A stretch of DNA of 64,000 nucleotides from Chlorokybus atmophyticus (GCA_009103225.1 RHPI01000260.1:754203-818202), one strand, 5' to 3'. Positions 34,621 to 48,800 are shown, numbered from the stretch's first letter. Notes: a model not told the origin generated them from the letters alone. Numbers and translations are program-made.

Positions 34621-37028
34621 CTATACCTGCACTGCTTGCTTTGAACCAATGCTGGCGTCTACTGGAATGTCCACTGGCACGCGCAAGCCATCATAGCTGA
34701 GCTGGACGTCGATGCCCTCCGAATCTCTCAGCGCTTGCAACTGCTCGTTGATGCTGTAATGCTCCATCGTGTGCATCATTCCTGTCAACAGCGTTCTCCT
34801 CGGCTGTATCCGCCGCACCTCATCAAGCGCCTGTGCAGCAGCAAGTACTCAAGCTTGACACACATGAAGAGACGACACCTCACATCACCTCACAACAACA
34901 TATGCTGCTCTCACCTGAGGCAATGCAAAGTGGCTCGCACTTGGTCGATCGGGCCGCAGCGCATCCTGCCATGTCCGCATAGTTCACTGACACCACCATT
35001 GCAACCGCATTTGCTTGACTACCGCTAACAACAAATAGTACTACGTCAATGCTTGGACATGACTCCCTTCTCGCAGTGAGGACTGTTCTCATGCTTACCA
35101 GCACCAGCAGGTCGCAGTCAATGAGCAGTGGTCTTGTCTCATCAGGTATCTTGCTGACGTCGCTGCGGGCCCCAGGTACTTTAGCACAGTGTCCACCACT
35201 TGCCTGCCTTGACAATTGTCACTTATTCTGCACCAACCAACCTGATGTAGCACACGTTTCCAACCCTATAGCCGTTGGAAATGTATGTTCCGCCATGGAA
35301 AACCGGTAGCGGTGTTATCTGCATTCATCGCGGTAAGGCAATACTTCAGAGCTGGTTACAAAAACAAAAGGCATTGCATGTTGGACAGTGGAATGGCATG
35401 CAATCTGCATAAAGCAATCTGCATGTTCCATCTACCATCCATTACTTTGCGGCCAGAGGAATGCCTACTTGTATACATGAGTGTATACAGGGTCTAAATT
35501 GGCCAAGCTTGTGTGAAGTTTACAGGCAAAGTGAGGGTAATCGCTCACCGTCAAGCCTTCAATCTGAAAGGGCGCGTTGTCGATGGGAATGAAACAGAGC
35601 TCGGACACTGCATAAGAGTGCCACGGTCAACGCAAGCACAATGAACCACCATGACAACAATCAGGCTGACATGCTGCACACCTGCTGTCCCGGCTGTTAT
35701 CACTGAGGTGTCAACCAAGTAGTAGTGCGTCTTTTCCATCACCTGCACGGCCCGTATTAACTATCGTTCCTAACACTGCTGCTCATGGTCTGCTCGAGGT
35801 GCAAGTTGATAGGTCGAGTGGGCTTACCTCAAGATCTTGCATCCTTGCATAAACTGGGACCCGTGGCTGCACATTGTTTGTCCAATCCCGCAGATCATCA
35901 AGACCTGTGCCAATGCACTGTGATACAATATCTGTCACAACACATAAGCCCGTACTGCCATTGAATCTGCCACGTACCACCTATAGCGTCTGCATGTGCA
36001 TGTGTCAACACCACTGCGTCCAACTCGCGTATCCTGCACAAGGCAACATAATGTCATTTTCCCTATGCAAGCACCTGCAAGTGTAGTGTAGTGTAGTGTA
36101 GTTTGCATGCACTTACCCGTACAAAGGGAACCATTGCATGGCGCTGTGGTAGAAGAACCTAACGTGCATAAGACGCAACAAGGTAAGAGGTTGCTGGGAG
36201 AAGACGCTTATCCAGCAACTGATACCCTAGACGTTCCAATGACACAATGCAATGCGGACAGCGCAGCGCTATAGCTTCCACGTTCATTGAACAACCAACT
36301 AGCTTGAGTCAAAACAAGGCAAAGCGAACCTCACTTGCCAGCATCAATGAGTATGTTCCGCCTACGACCGTCAGGGTGTGCATATCTGAACAACACGCTG
36401 GTATTGCGCCGCCGATTGCGGTTTCCTGGTAGGGTAGCGTCCATGCACACCTGCGTGGGTAACGATGCAATGCTGAGCTGCAGAACAACCAGTAGGTCTG
36501 TTTGTTACATGCCTCTCATTACGAAGGTCACGCAAGCAATGTAGCCTTGCCACTTAATAGAGCGGCAAACACTACGCCACTGCATGCCAACCACTCCGAC
36601 CCAATCCTGAATTGGCATGCACAAACACGGAGGCGGACATTATTGCCTACAAAGAGACGGCTCTATGCCTCATGCAAACCGCCAACGCTTGCAAATGATA
36701 AACCAACCTGTCACAGACAAGGCGCTATCTTCACCTTACATGTCGGCGGTTGCTTGGTCAGGCAACTTACGCGGGGGATGCCCTCACTTGTTCCGGTGCC
36801 GATGAAGATGAGCTCAGACGCATGGCCTGGATCCGCCTGGAAGCTGCTGTTGCTGCTGCTTGTGCTTTCGCAGCGGACAGCTGGGCGCCTGCGGCACGGA
36901 GGAATCCATCGTCCAAGTTCGCCACTGAGCTTCAACGCGGAGGGTAAACTTGTCCGCCTGCTGCATGCAAACCACCTAGAGCAGGGCCTCAAGCCAACGC
37001 CCACCGACAACACAGCCGCCGTCGCCAT
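34621..37028 (-). CDS. Metallo-beta-lactamase-fold hydrolase (PhnP/At4g03610-like), probably plastid-targeted
   Basis: ELIFIGTGTSEGIPRVSCLT, NRNRRRNTSVLF, NILIDAGKFFYHSA, LDAVVLTHAHADAIGLDDLRDWT, YISDVSKIP, DALRPDRPSASHF and QLSYDGLRV. Confidence 0.9.
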
Positions 37029-37039
37029 ATCTCCTTGAG

Positions 37040-37219
37040 CAGTGCATTCAGTGTCGTAATGGCGGGGATTCAGTGACTTGAAGGTGGTGAAGGTCACGTT
37101 AAGACCTTGAATGCGTTCACAGTTCATGAGTCTCCGTGCGTAATGTCGTTCACATCAGCTTAATCAGTGCATTCAGTGTCGTAATTGAGTACACAGCTGG
37201 ACGTTAAGGCCCTGAGTGC
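37040..37219 (+). repeat. Direct repeat pair inside the short divergent intergenic region
   Basis: CAGTGCATTCAGTGTCGTAAT is exact at 37040-37060 and 37165-37185. Each copy is followed by ACGTTAAG(A/G)CC(T/C)TGA(A/G)TGC (37096-37114, 37201-37219). Confidence 0.85.
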
Positions 37220-37275
37220 ATGTGCTTGGCGAGAAGTTAGCGTCGGCGTCGGTGAGGGCGGGGGCGGCCTCCGTC

Positions 37276-39280
37276 ATGGCGATGGCTGGGAAGGTTGCTG
37301 TTGTAACGGGAGCGAACACGGGCGTAGGGAAGGCGTGCGCTACGGAGCTTGCTGCCGCAGGTGACTCTTGCTTTTACCCACCTTTCACACGCTAATGGAC
37401 GTGTTGCGCGCAACATCAACAGTTTTGTCAACAGTGCAAGTGACGGCGCGATGATTTTTTTGAACCTTGCTGTTGTCTAAAAGCCGTGCATCGTGCCTTT
37501 GGTTGTCGTATGTTGCGTACTGCAAGAGAATAAATTCCATACGCAGCTGGGGTCGTGATAACAACACAGTGGCCCTGTCATGCACAAAAGCACCTCGCAT
37601 GTTCTGTACACCAGCTGTAGATCAAAAGCATCGTAAGCTGCATGCTTTCTGACTGGGGCCGTTGCATGTTTGGCAGGTGCTCATGTAATCATGGCATGCC
37701 GCAGCCGCGCGCGTGCTACACCTGCCAGGGATGCCATCATCGCTGCAACAGGCAACAGCGGTGTAGAAGTCCTTGACCTGGACTTGGCCAAGTTCAGCTC
37801 CGTGCGAGACTTTGCTCGGGAGTTCACGCATGTAAGCATGCTTGCTATCGTGGTATTCATTGATATACGTGGTGCATGTGAATGACGTTGGGCATGTGTG
37901 AGTCAAGGCATCTGTGTCATGTGCGACTATCTGCATTGATCCTGACGCTGTATTCCAATTCCAATAGAACGGGCATGGGTAATTTGGCTCACGTGTCACA
38001 TGTGTGAATTGTAACCACCTTTACCAACGTCTCTGCTCTGCTACCAAGTGCCATAGCCCGGTTGTTCAGTTTGTTTATTGAACACATGTTTGAATGCCAG
38101 TCATGTGCAGGGCAGGCTGAAAGACAAGCCTCTGCACGTGCTTGTGAACAACGCAGGCATTATGACGGGTCAAAAGGAGATGACTGAAGATGGCTATGAG
38201 ACAACATGGTGAGGCCATCTTGCAGCAGCTGTCGGGCATCAGCTGTTTTTGTAAAAGCACATGAACCGTGTTTGACACCTAGGCAGGTAAACTTCTTGGC
38301 TCCGTTTTTGCTAGCAAGCTTGCTTCTTCCCAACATCAAGAAGGCGGCGGCTGCAAACAACAATGCTCCTGGCAGCGCTCGCATCGTTTACGTGGTATTC
38401 GCTTCCACACACTAATACTCAGTCACACGCACGCACGCACGCACGCGTGCTTACGGCGTGTACGTATGTTTTGGTATGTACCACGACAATGAAGCACATC
38501 ATGAAAAGCACACGCACATTACTTTCCTGCAGGGATCACGTTTGGAAAAGACTGCGGATCTCAAGGTTCCAGCTGACATCGACCGCCATGCGACAGCAAT
38601 TCAAGGGTTCTCAACGTTTCCCGCGTACGGTGCGTCAAAGCTTGCAGCCACAGCCGCTACATATGAGCTTGCTCGCAGGCTGCAGGACACCAAAGGTGCA
38701 GCTGCTTACTTCAATATGCAGCCTTGTGGTCTTGTGGGAATGCATAGGAATCCAAGCAATGGTCGAAGCAGCAATTGAACAAGCTTGCGCAATCACTCAC
38801 CATATTGATCAACACAGGGGTGTCTGTAAATGTCGTCACTCCTGGCATGGTCAACACAGAGCTGTCGCGTTACCTCCCGAGCTACTTGCAGGTATATCCA
38901 GTCAGTGGCCGACGCGCACATGTTCATCTGCATGCGCTTGAGCTTGTGATGCACGTTGATGTGTGCCTACCCTACCATTCAGATCCTGACGTGGCCGCTA
39001 CGATGGGGTCTTCTGCGCACACCAGCCAAGGGAGGTGAAACGCCCGCATGGCTGGCTATGTCGGACGAACCTGCGGCCACCGTCACGGGCAGGTGTGGAG
39101 TGTGTAGAACTGGCGTTCATTGTTTCCGCAAGCGTTGCAGCTCGTTTGATGCTTCATGTGTGCGGCAGGTACTTCTACGACAAGAAGGAGATTCAGTCAA
39201 GTGCGCCGACATATGACGCAGAGCTGGCGAGAGAGCTGTGGGCGCGCATTGAGGCAGCTTTGGCCTTGCAAGCAAAGTAG
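37276..39280 (+). CDS. Short-chain dehydrogenase/reductase (retinol dehydrogenase/TIC32-like)
   Basis: VAVVTGANTGVGKACA, VIMACRS, LDLDLAKFSSVRDFA, LHVLVNNAGIM, QVNFLAPFLL, catalytic YGASK, VNVVTPGMVNTEL and YDAELARELW. Confidence 0.92.
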
Positions 39281-40331
39281 GCCGTTTCTGGTAGCTCGTT
39301 CTATACCATGGTGATGCAGACATTAATCGACGTATATGATGCGGGTATGCAGTCAACTCCAGGCTACGGGAGTCGCATTAGACCAGCTTGTAATAATATT
39401 GCACCTGACGTTTTGTGTCCTGCAAGCCAACTTCAGAGGTACCAAGATGTTATGCATGAAGCATGCGTTAATCTTTATGTAAGTGTTACACGAATGCACT
39501 TATGTAATAGTGACGCGTCTCACCTTATAAATTGATACCAGAGCTCTGGGAAGACATAGGCGGGGACTGCTACTGACATAATTTTGCATGCAACATGTCT
39601 AAGTGTAAACCACTTAACTTCACTTAACAAAGCAACTTGTGTGCGTAGGTATAGCAGTTATTCACATGTGTATACACCAACACAAAACCAAACTCATAGC
39701 ATAAAACTTGGTTTTAGGGTAGCCCAAGTCCCTAACAAGCACAAAAATGACATCACCATGTACAGAAAGTGCAGAACACCATTGTACAAGCGTAGAGCAT
39801 ATGATACATGACACGCTCAATTGTATCGGTATGCTGCAGTAGCTCACACCCCACATCCAATGCCCATCTAAGCTTGCGAAACATGTTGAGATGTATGACT
39901 GCAAACGTTGCTTGTACAAGGTCAAAATGTCTGTCAACAACAATTGGTATAACCAGCTGCGACTGTATGAACTACATTTCTTGCGTGCCTTTACTCCCTG
40001 ACTATCATGCTTAACTACACTCTGTGTACAATTGTGTAAACCGTCATCAACTTTCAAAGTTAGCATGGTCTTCTCCTGGAACTTGCCGCATTCATGCACC
40101 CCACTTGCACAACAGGAGTATCGCATGGCCAGAACAGTCCTACCTGCCTTTGTTTACCTGACATTTGTGTACCACATGTCCAACACACAATGACACAATT
40201 GTACACCCACATTCATGAAACACCGGTGCCGAACAAAAACAAACACGAGCTTCATCACGAAGGCGCACACAGAGCACCTGTTGAACGCCCAACTACATTT
40301 CCCAAAATCTTGGTATCTTCTCACCGGATTA

Positions 40332-40365
40332 CCCCTACCCCTACCCCTACCCCTACCCCTACCCT
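40332..40365 (+). repeat. (CCCCTA)5 microsatellite
   Basis: Five perfect CCCCTA units plus a partial unit, 3' of the C2 gene stop. Confidence 0.9.
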
Positions 40366-40424
40366 TCGAATCAGTATCTACATATGCACACACGAATCAC
40401 TCTACACAACCCCCAACTCCTCCC

Positions 40425-41794
40425 TTACTCCCCTCCGTAGTCCCCTCCCCCATCGTCCCCCCCATAATCCCCTCCATCGTCATCCCCTCCAAACAGCAAC
40501 CCTCCCAGCAGCAGCCCCCCGCCGAGTCCCGCGAGTCCCGCGCCCATCCCGCCGGGACGACCGCGCTGCTTGCGACCGTGCTGCTGCTGGGCGTAACCGG
40601 CCTGGTTGGGGTACACCACCGTGTTGGGAGGGTAGCCGCCGGGAGCACCGTAGGCGCCGGGGTAGCCGGCTTGAGGGTAGCCTTGGGGAGGGTAACCTGG
40701 GATAGACGACATAGACAACGACAGAGTTTCAGCAGGGAAGTTGACAGAACTGGCACACGTGACAAGTGTTTGTGTGTTTTGTTCAAGCAGTTATATAGCA
40801 GGTGGCATGTGGTCCAGCAGCAGATCGTCAAGCCCAACTTGACAATGACTGATGGATGGCTGGAAGACCTAACAACTGCTCGTGCAAGTGCTACAGTACA
40901 GGAGAGAACGGAAGCATGATACCAGAAAGAGGCCCAGAGCCAACTGTGAGAAGCCATTGAACAAGAGGATTAAACAAGCATGCATAGCATACTTGATAAT
41001 GTTGATGTGGCCAATAACTTGACGACGTCAACAAGCATGACAGATTGACAAGCGTGATTTGCCTCATGGGTGACCAACCTGACACTCCCTGTGCGGGGTA
41101 CCCCTGGGGGTACCCCTGGGGATACCCCTGCGCGTAGCCTGCTTGGCTCGATCCCGCAGGCGGCGCAGCATACCCATACGCAGACCGCTGGCTGTAAGGC
41201 TCCGGCTCAGGCTCCGGAAACTTCCCCTCAGTAAATTTCAAAGAAGCAGATAGGTGGCCCTGCTGCTTGCCGTCGCGCTGAGTGATGGGGACTGTGATGA
41301 AGTCGGCGCCGTCCTTGAGAGACTTGTCGAGCTGTAACCTGGTGGAGGGGAGAGCGGATGAGAGGGGAGATGGGGAGTGGGTGAGATGGGTGAATGAGTT
41401 GGGGGAATGGGTGTGAAAGGGGGAAGAGGATAGGAGTGTACCTGGCGGTGCCAAGATGGTCGTCGTTTTTGATCTTGCGCTTGTTGTAAATGTCTATCAC
41501 GACAACTGTGATGCCCTTGTCCAAACGCAGCACAATCCTGGTAGCCATTCGATTGAGTATAAGTAGCCACCAATAGAGCTACGACATGCTTGCAGAGTAT
41601 GACAAACCATGCCACACCCACGCATCCACACACCTGTCTTTCCATGATGGTTCTGTGCCCATATCCTGCGCGATGCTGGTTTTCTTCTCCGCGGCCCCCG
41701 CCCTGACGATGGCGTAGGGGTCCATCTTGCCGAAGCGCTCCTTGTCTGGGACGCCACCTGCCCTCAGGCCAGTCACCTCTATGGTACCCTCCAT
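40425..41794 (-). CDS. C2-domain protein with Gly/Tyr/Pro-rich tail (SRC2-like)
   Basis: MEGTIEVTGLRAGGVPDKERFGKMDPYAIV...GTEPSWKD, VIDIYNKRKIKNDDHLGTA, QGYP repeats and a C-terminal GAGLAGLGGGLLLGGLLFGGDDDGGDYGG. Confidence 0.88.
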
Positions 41795-42260
41795 GCTGAC
41801 ACCCCTCCCCCACAACAACCTTCTCTTCTGCTCCTCTTTCTGCTTAACCTAACTCGACACGAACACAACCCAGAGCCGCAAAAGCCTGCCTCACGCCAAC
41901 GCCACCTCCGCCGTCGCCTACAGACACAGACACAGCCTCAATGCTGTCGCCGCCTACTACTTGACGCCTGTAGCTCTGAGCAGTCACAGCGCACTCTCAA
42001 CACTTTGTATGAGGATTGTGTCACAAATCCCTGAGTGTCGCATCCGTTCCAATGTCAATCAAGCATGTTGATGACTAAGGGCAACGTGGACACGTGGTCG
42101 GCTTTAGATTTGACGCGCGAACGTTCATGAGAATGTGCTGCCACAGCTTCGAGAGGGCGAGCCTTGTGCGCAGGAGCACAGGGTGCACAAGCCGCACAAA
42201 GTGGGACACAGAGAAAGTTTGAGTGGTGTTGGCGGGGATGTCCTGCAGGGCGGCGGCGAC

Positions 42261-43534
42261 ATGGCCGCCGCCGGTATGAACGTGTTTGTGTACGGCACGC
42301 TCCTGGCAGAGGAGGTGGTGAGCGTGTTGATTGGAAGGACGCCGCCGCAGAGGGTCGCCACCGTGGCCAACTAGTGCGTGAGTGGTCTGCTGGGCTGCAT
42401 GCCGCATTGTGTCAAGAAAACTCGCACATGCACAACACCTCGACTCGTATATACTGCAGTTGAATTGTCAATACAACGTTCAATAGTCTGTTGTTGTGTG
42501 GGTTTGCCATTTATTGGAAGGGGTGAACGGGTGTTGTTGGGCCTCTGCACCAGCGTGCTCAACCTCAATGTGCCCTGTGACTAATAAGCCTGCTTGTTAG
42601 TCATAGATATGGGCTTCGCGGCAGAGTGTACCCGGCGGTGGTGCCAAAGTTGGGAGCAAGCGTAACTGGGAAGGCAAGCAAATGCTGTTTGCTAACGAGG
42701 ATACTCTCTGTTAGCGCGTGTGTGTATCATCCCATTTTCAAGTTACTTACTGCATGTATAGTGTCGTCTTGAATGCAACCAAGAAGTAAACAGGACAGCA
42801 CAGTGGCGCTATGTTAACACTGTTGCCAGTGCATGTGCAAGGACATCAAGCCATCACTCCCATCTGCAGGTGTTATTCGGTGTAACGCCGCGCGAGCTGC
42901 GTGTCTTCGATGCATTCGAAGATGTTGAGTACACTACGCATCAAGTGGCAGCACAGACCGCGGTAAGGTCATGCAGAAAACAGCACTGTTGGTAAAGCAT
43001 GTACTGCAAGCTGGCACATGGCCAGCGTGTATGACAGACAATGTGCGGAGGTCGCGGGGAGGAGGCTTGCATGCATTATGATGCGTGTACACGCCTGCGC
43101 ACCTGCGTGTGCACGTTTATACGCGCCCTCGTTTTGGTGCTTGCATAAGCATTGACACCGCACATCCTTCAATTGCTACCCGGATGCATGAGCCAACACA
43201 TCACTACTTGTACGTACTGCACGTCCGACGTGCAGTACGTACAAGTAGTTACATATTCTGCATCACAGGCTGATATTGCCGCAACTACTGAGCCAACAGA
43301 CGACAATAATGCCCTTGTGAGCGCCAATCTGTACGTTTGGGCCAACCCAGCAGACCCGTCACTGCATGGGACATGGGATTATCAGGTACGTGTGTATTGC
43401 ATGCGCCCCGACCACTCTCATCCTTCGGTTGTTTGCTTATACACATCGGTTTCTATTGGCAGATGTTTCGGGAGCAGCATCTTGACGATTACCTCAAGAT
43501 GGTGCGTGCGTTTGCGTCGGAGTTGTCCGTGTGA
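42261..43534 (+). CDS. AIG2-like / gamma-glutamylcyclotransferase family protein
   Basis: NVFVYGTLLAEEVV, YHRYGLRGRVYPAVVP, VTGKVLFGVTPRELRVFDAFEDVEY, ANLYVW and WDYQMFREQHLDDYL. Confidence 0.9.
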
Positions 43535-45839
43535 TAAAGACATTTAGATGAGTGCCCTGTACAGTAGCGTGTAGCACATTCTTCAGTGACATTCTTGGTT
43601 GGACTGCTGATCAGTCAGCAACAAGGCTTGCTGATGTGAGCTGGTAATTTTGCGGTGTGTCGCAATTACGCACGCAAGACAAGGCAGAGCTGTGATGGTC
43701 ACTTGCGTGGTGCATCCATTGAACCTGTATTTTCAAACCAGGTCTTGTATGACACCAGGCATGGAAGTGGTCGGCAAGGCAAAGCCGCCACTAGCCGAGG
43801 CTCTTCTCCTTGACTGGGCACTGGTTGGCGGAGATGTATAACAACATTACATGCGCGTAAGACCGATATGACATTCGCATTCGCACTCTCACCCAACCAG
43901 ATTGCTTACACCATGTCAAAACACCTTCCACACCACAACCAACTGAAGCAAGCACTGCGTCCAAGCACCAAACTGGAGAAACGCCGGCAGACGCAGGATC
44001 AAACCGAGGTGGTGCTGTCCAACTTCTCTCGTCGCGTTTGCCTACAGAGACGTTGAGCCTGTGCACCCCGCGACCACCACCACAACTGCCGCCGCCGCCG
44101 CCGCTACCATCAGCTCTGCCATACGGTGAAAGCAAGAGCAACTCCACCCCCTAACGTTATTCAGGTATATTATATGCTCACAGCAGCAGGTACTTGAGTA
44201 GCGTGACAAGTAACACGTTTACGTGCGTTGGGTAGGGGGTAATAGCCCAGACTAACGTGACACACTCGTGCGCCAATGCATGTGGCGGGTTTTGGTGCCC
44301 CCCCGCTTCCTTTTTGGGGCTCCGCTAAGCCCTCAACTAAGCCGGCTGCTTGGGGGGGCAGGGTCTACGCTGTTGGGGCGGCGTCGTAGTGGTCGTGGTG
44401 GCGGTGGTCGCTTGCTTGCGTGCTTCGGCAGCTGGCTGGGTGGTAGCTGGGAGCAGTGCTCATGTAGATAGAATTGAGCTGGCTGGGTGGGTGGAGTGTG
44501 CTTTGGAGGAACACCACAGCTTGGAGGTAATATAGCAGTCCACTAGAGTTAAGGGACTTCGTCATTGAAGCATGCATGCCTGCATGCCTGCATGCATGTT
44601 TTCAGTTGAGAGCGAGCTTCAGCATGGTGCCTTAGGAGCCGACATGCATTCCTTGCATGCTCAGTGTCGTGACGCAGTAGTGGTGTTGAACACTCGACTC
44701 GAACTGTGCACTTTGAAGCTGTTCAAAAACAGTTGCGTTCCACAAATCAATGGCACATCCTTTTCAGCGTTGAGGGCAGTGCGATGTACCAAAACTGTGA
44801 CATTGTACGTGTGGCAGAGCTCTGCGTTGTGTAGAAGGTCAAGCGTGACGTCTAGTCGTCTATTGCTGGCTCAGAGACAAGTGTGACTTGACTCAACACA
44901 AGGTGCAGCCTTTATAAGCATGCAAGACAAGTAGTTGCGAGGGACGTAATATGAGCGCCTTGCACTGCAACTGGCCGTCACGGATCAACCGTGGGTGTAC
45001 GTTACACTGTTGCTGCCACAATATATGGCAACTTCCTGGTCTGCAGCCCTGATCTAATGAGCCAAGTAGTTCCGTGTCACAGAGACTATAGTTTGCATGC
45101 AAGCCTACAGATTTTTCAAAAGGACTCCCATGCCGGCAATAAGCACACCAGGCTAGACCAGGCCAGCCCAGAATCGAAGTGGTTGCAGTAGCAACAGCTC
45201 ACCTTTTTACTGACACACACTTCCCTACAGTGAACCAGTCTCCTTGCCAAGTAGAAGCCGAACATAGTCACTTCACAAGCGTCGCTGAAAGCCATAACCG
45301 CGTTGTGCTGCTTGCACACTCTGTCATGGTGCATTGCCACATGCACGTTTCAGCAACCATGCGCTGCTTACCACTCACCCGTTTACAGTGTTTGCGCTAC
45401 GAAAGTGCGGTGCTGTGCATGGTAAAAGCTTAAAACTGATTAGGTTACAGTGCGTTGCACCGTTTTGTACAGTCCTCGGTGTTGTCAGAGGGTTGCAGTT
45501 GATAGCAGCTGTGTATGTAACCAGGTGCCGTTTCTGCGTCATTCCGCCAGTACGGTGTGATTCTCGGGTGCTTTTGTTAGTGTCCATGTTTAAGATTGGC
45601 TAAGTTTTACAGAGGCATGTTCTTGCAGCTGTCTGGATGACACCTTGCGTTGGGTCCAGGCACTGAGCCAGTGTTGGTTTCCTTTGCAAATGGCCACGGA
45701 ATCCAAGTCAGACTCTCTTGGCTGAAGTGAAGGCCACGCGGGGGATCCTTCTTCTCGAGTTTCACAGCAACTACTTGTATCCAGCTGTACAGCGTCAACT
45801 TGACTGCTGGTTGCGGAGCGATCCAGAGCAGAGTGTACA

Positions 45840-48800
45840 ATGGAAACAGAACAAGGCGCTCTGGCTCAAATCACCCATCAATACGCTGACATAGCAGAGG
45901 AGGTAAGCATTGTGATTGCCCTTGCTTACCTCCTCTGCTATTCTTACATTGAATGCGAAGACAGCAACCTCACGTTGTTATCAGCAAGCGCAAGCGGGAG
46001 ATCCACATGGAGACAGCGTGACTGTGTCTCTCGAACCATCACATGCAAACATACGCACACCTGATGTCGCTGCAGAGGAGCCGTCGCATATCTGCCACGA
46101 GTGCGGCAAGAGTTTTTGGACCAGAAGGTCCCTGCTGGGGCACCAGATTCATCATCGTAGTGCTTCAATGAAAGGTATGCAATCGTGCCATACTGATTTC
46201 CATTGCATTGCAGCACAGCTAAGTCGTGTGCATTTTGAGTTGCAGATATGGTTGAAAGCAAGAAGCTGAACCGGCTCAAGAAGAAGACAAAGAAATGTCA
46301 GCCACATGCACTGCCACGCTCAGTTCAAGTTGTAGTGATTTGTCACACGAAGAGTTAGTTCTGTTGCAAGTAGTCTGATATTAAACCTTGTTGGCTTGTT
46401 CAGTAACAAGCATTGAAGCTCCCGGCAGCGATGAAGTGCAATCACAGCCGCAAGCAGAACTGCAGCTCGTATTTGCTCAGTCGCAGCCTGAAGCTGAAGA
46501 GCAGAGAGAGCAGACACCTGCGTTGGAGCGAGAGCAGCATCATGATCAGGCAGGCAGTGACAGCTGTCACCAGGCTTCCACAGCTGGTCCATCTCAGCCT
46601 GCACAGCCAACACTGAATGGTAATCAGCATGATATCAAGGATCAGCCCGAAGCTGCTGAGCCACGTAGCAGAGTCAAGAAGCGGAAGATCAAGCCACGCT
46701 CAAACCGTGCACCCGATGGTAGCTGGGTATGCGACATATGCCACGCGCGATTTAGCGACGGACAGTCTCTTGGCGGTCACAAAACTGGCCACCATTATCA
46801 AAGTAAGGCTTGCTGCTTACGCGCACACACGCACGCGTGCGCACGTGCTTACACAACACTTCCCTTCCCTCTTCATTGCATGCCATGCACCCAATACAAA
46901 GCACACATGCACGCACGCTTGCGTGCACACACACACGTTGACTGTCCGCAAGTGAGGCTCACTCCCTCAGCTGCTCACCCACGCGCTCTCTATCTTGCAC
47001 AGGCATGCACGCATGCATGTGGGCACGCACACCAAGTTACTGGATCTGACCTCCATGTGACTGATAGGACGGCAGGCAAAGATGCGTGCCGCGGACATGG
47101 CGACCGTCAACGCAGCAGCGCTATACGCCGTGCAAGGAGGAGGAAATTACGCACCGTCAACTAAACCTACCACAAACGCGATCACGCCAGACACGGCTTT
47201 ACCAACCCAAGCTCAAGTGGCATTGCCCGCCGGGCCTACGAAGCACAAACTGACAGCAACAGCCTCCTTCAGCCACGCAGGAGGACAGCAATCAGAGAAG
47301 GTGGTTCACATCTTGTCACCAAGCGCACCGTTGAACATAAAAGCAGCAGCTAGACTCAGCCCCATCCACGAAGCCCTGCCGACCACTTCTGAAGCTCCTG
47401 TAAACGTTCCCAGCACAGCCTCTTTGGAACGTACTGCACCAAGCCATGCATTTAGGTGAGTGTAGTGTGGACTCAACGATCTCATGCTGTGTCAACTCTT
47501 GTTGCCAAACTGTGTTGCAATTCATCTTACACATGCATGCGCACGCACACGCACACCCACGTGCACAGACATGCACAGGCATGATGGTTACTGCAGTGAG
47601 TCTTTTGCGCAAGCGGAGGCCGCATTGCAGTCACCTGTTGCGAAGCGGCTGCGTCCAACTCGAGTCGCGAAGAGGTTCCCTGAAGACTCGCTGGCTGCTG
47701 CTTCGCATGCGTCAAAGAAAAGGTTGAAAAGATCCAAAGCCAGTGTCAACACGCGCCAAAACTCCTCAAAGCACTCACGGTACCAACAGATGCTCCGTGG
47801 CCAAGGCAGTTCAACCACGTTGTAACTCAGCACACGTTGTTCACATGCTGGCAGGCTGGTTCGCGAGAGAAAAGCAACAAACGTCAACAACAGTCCTTCC
47901 AATGGCGTGCAAGGCGATAGAAGCTTTGCAGCCCGCAGAAGCGTCGCGCACTCTGCCAGTAGATCCATCGCACAGACTGCTGCATCAACAGCGTTTGTGG
48001 ACTCCACTTACGATGAACAAGACTTGCTGCCTGGCAGCGCCATGGCTGTCATCCCCGAAGGTGAGAACACTCTCAAGGATGTGTATCCACAACTGTTAAG
48101 TCACTTGTAACTCACGCTCGGCGAGTCTCCCTTTGTCAGCGCTCACTCGAACGACAGTGACGCCAGCTGGCGATGATATTGACAGCATGGGCACACTTTC
48201 CGACTCCGACTGCGACACGTACACTGAGTACCTGAAGGGTTCAGAGACTGCCGCCAGCGTGCATGTGCTCACACCGCCACAAGCAACTGCGACCGTGACG
48301 GTGAGTTTGTTGCATCTGTGCATGCCAGTGACAGGATGAAGATTGTAACAGTCATAGTGTTGCACACGCAGCCAAGGCGCAGTCCTGCTAGACTGCCTGG
48401 AAGCCTGCCAGCTGGATGGATAAGGCTATTGGCGCAGCGCAACGATGGTGAAGGGTATGGCAACACTGCTGAGAACTGGCATTGTCACAAGTCCAGTGGA
48501 TTTCTTGTCCTGTGATCAACAACTCTCATCGTCAACCTCATGCTCTGTGTTCTGCAGCATCTATGCTGTGTGCTATCGCACGCCCTGCGGCTGCCTGCTC
48601 TGGTCTCAGCAAGATATGAAAAACTTCCTTCTGACCAAAGCTGGCGACACTGACTATTGGCATGTGACACCTCTGCAGGTTCATTACACGTGATGTTGTG
48701 TGCTGTTCCGTCTCATCGCCAGCCTGTTGAGCACTCACTGCGTACTTGTTGCACAGTTCTCCTTCAACCTGAACCAACCGCTCGGCATGCCGATGCCAAC

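Noticed and set aside
43730-44150. Exon-like blocks after the AIG2-like gene
   Set aside because: No consistent frame, start or homology could be assembled.
44890-45830. Short minus-strand ORFs upstream of the C2H2-MBD gene
   Set aside because: They contain stops and no recognisable family. They are more likely promoter/5' UTR or old debris.
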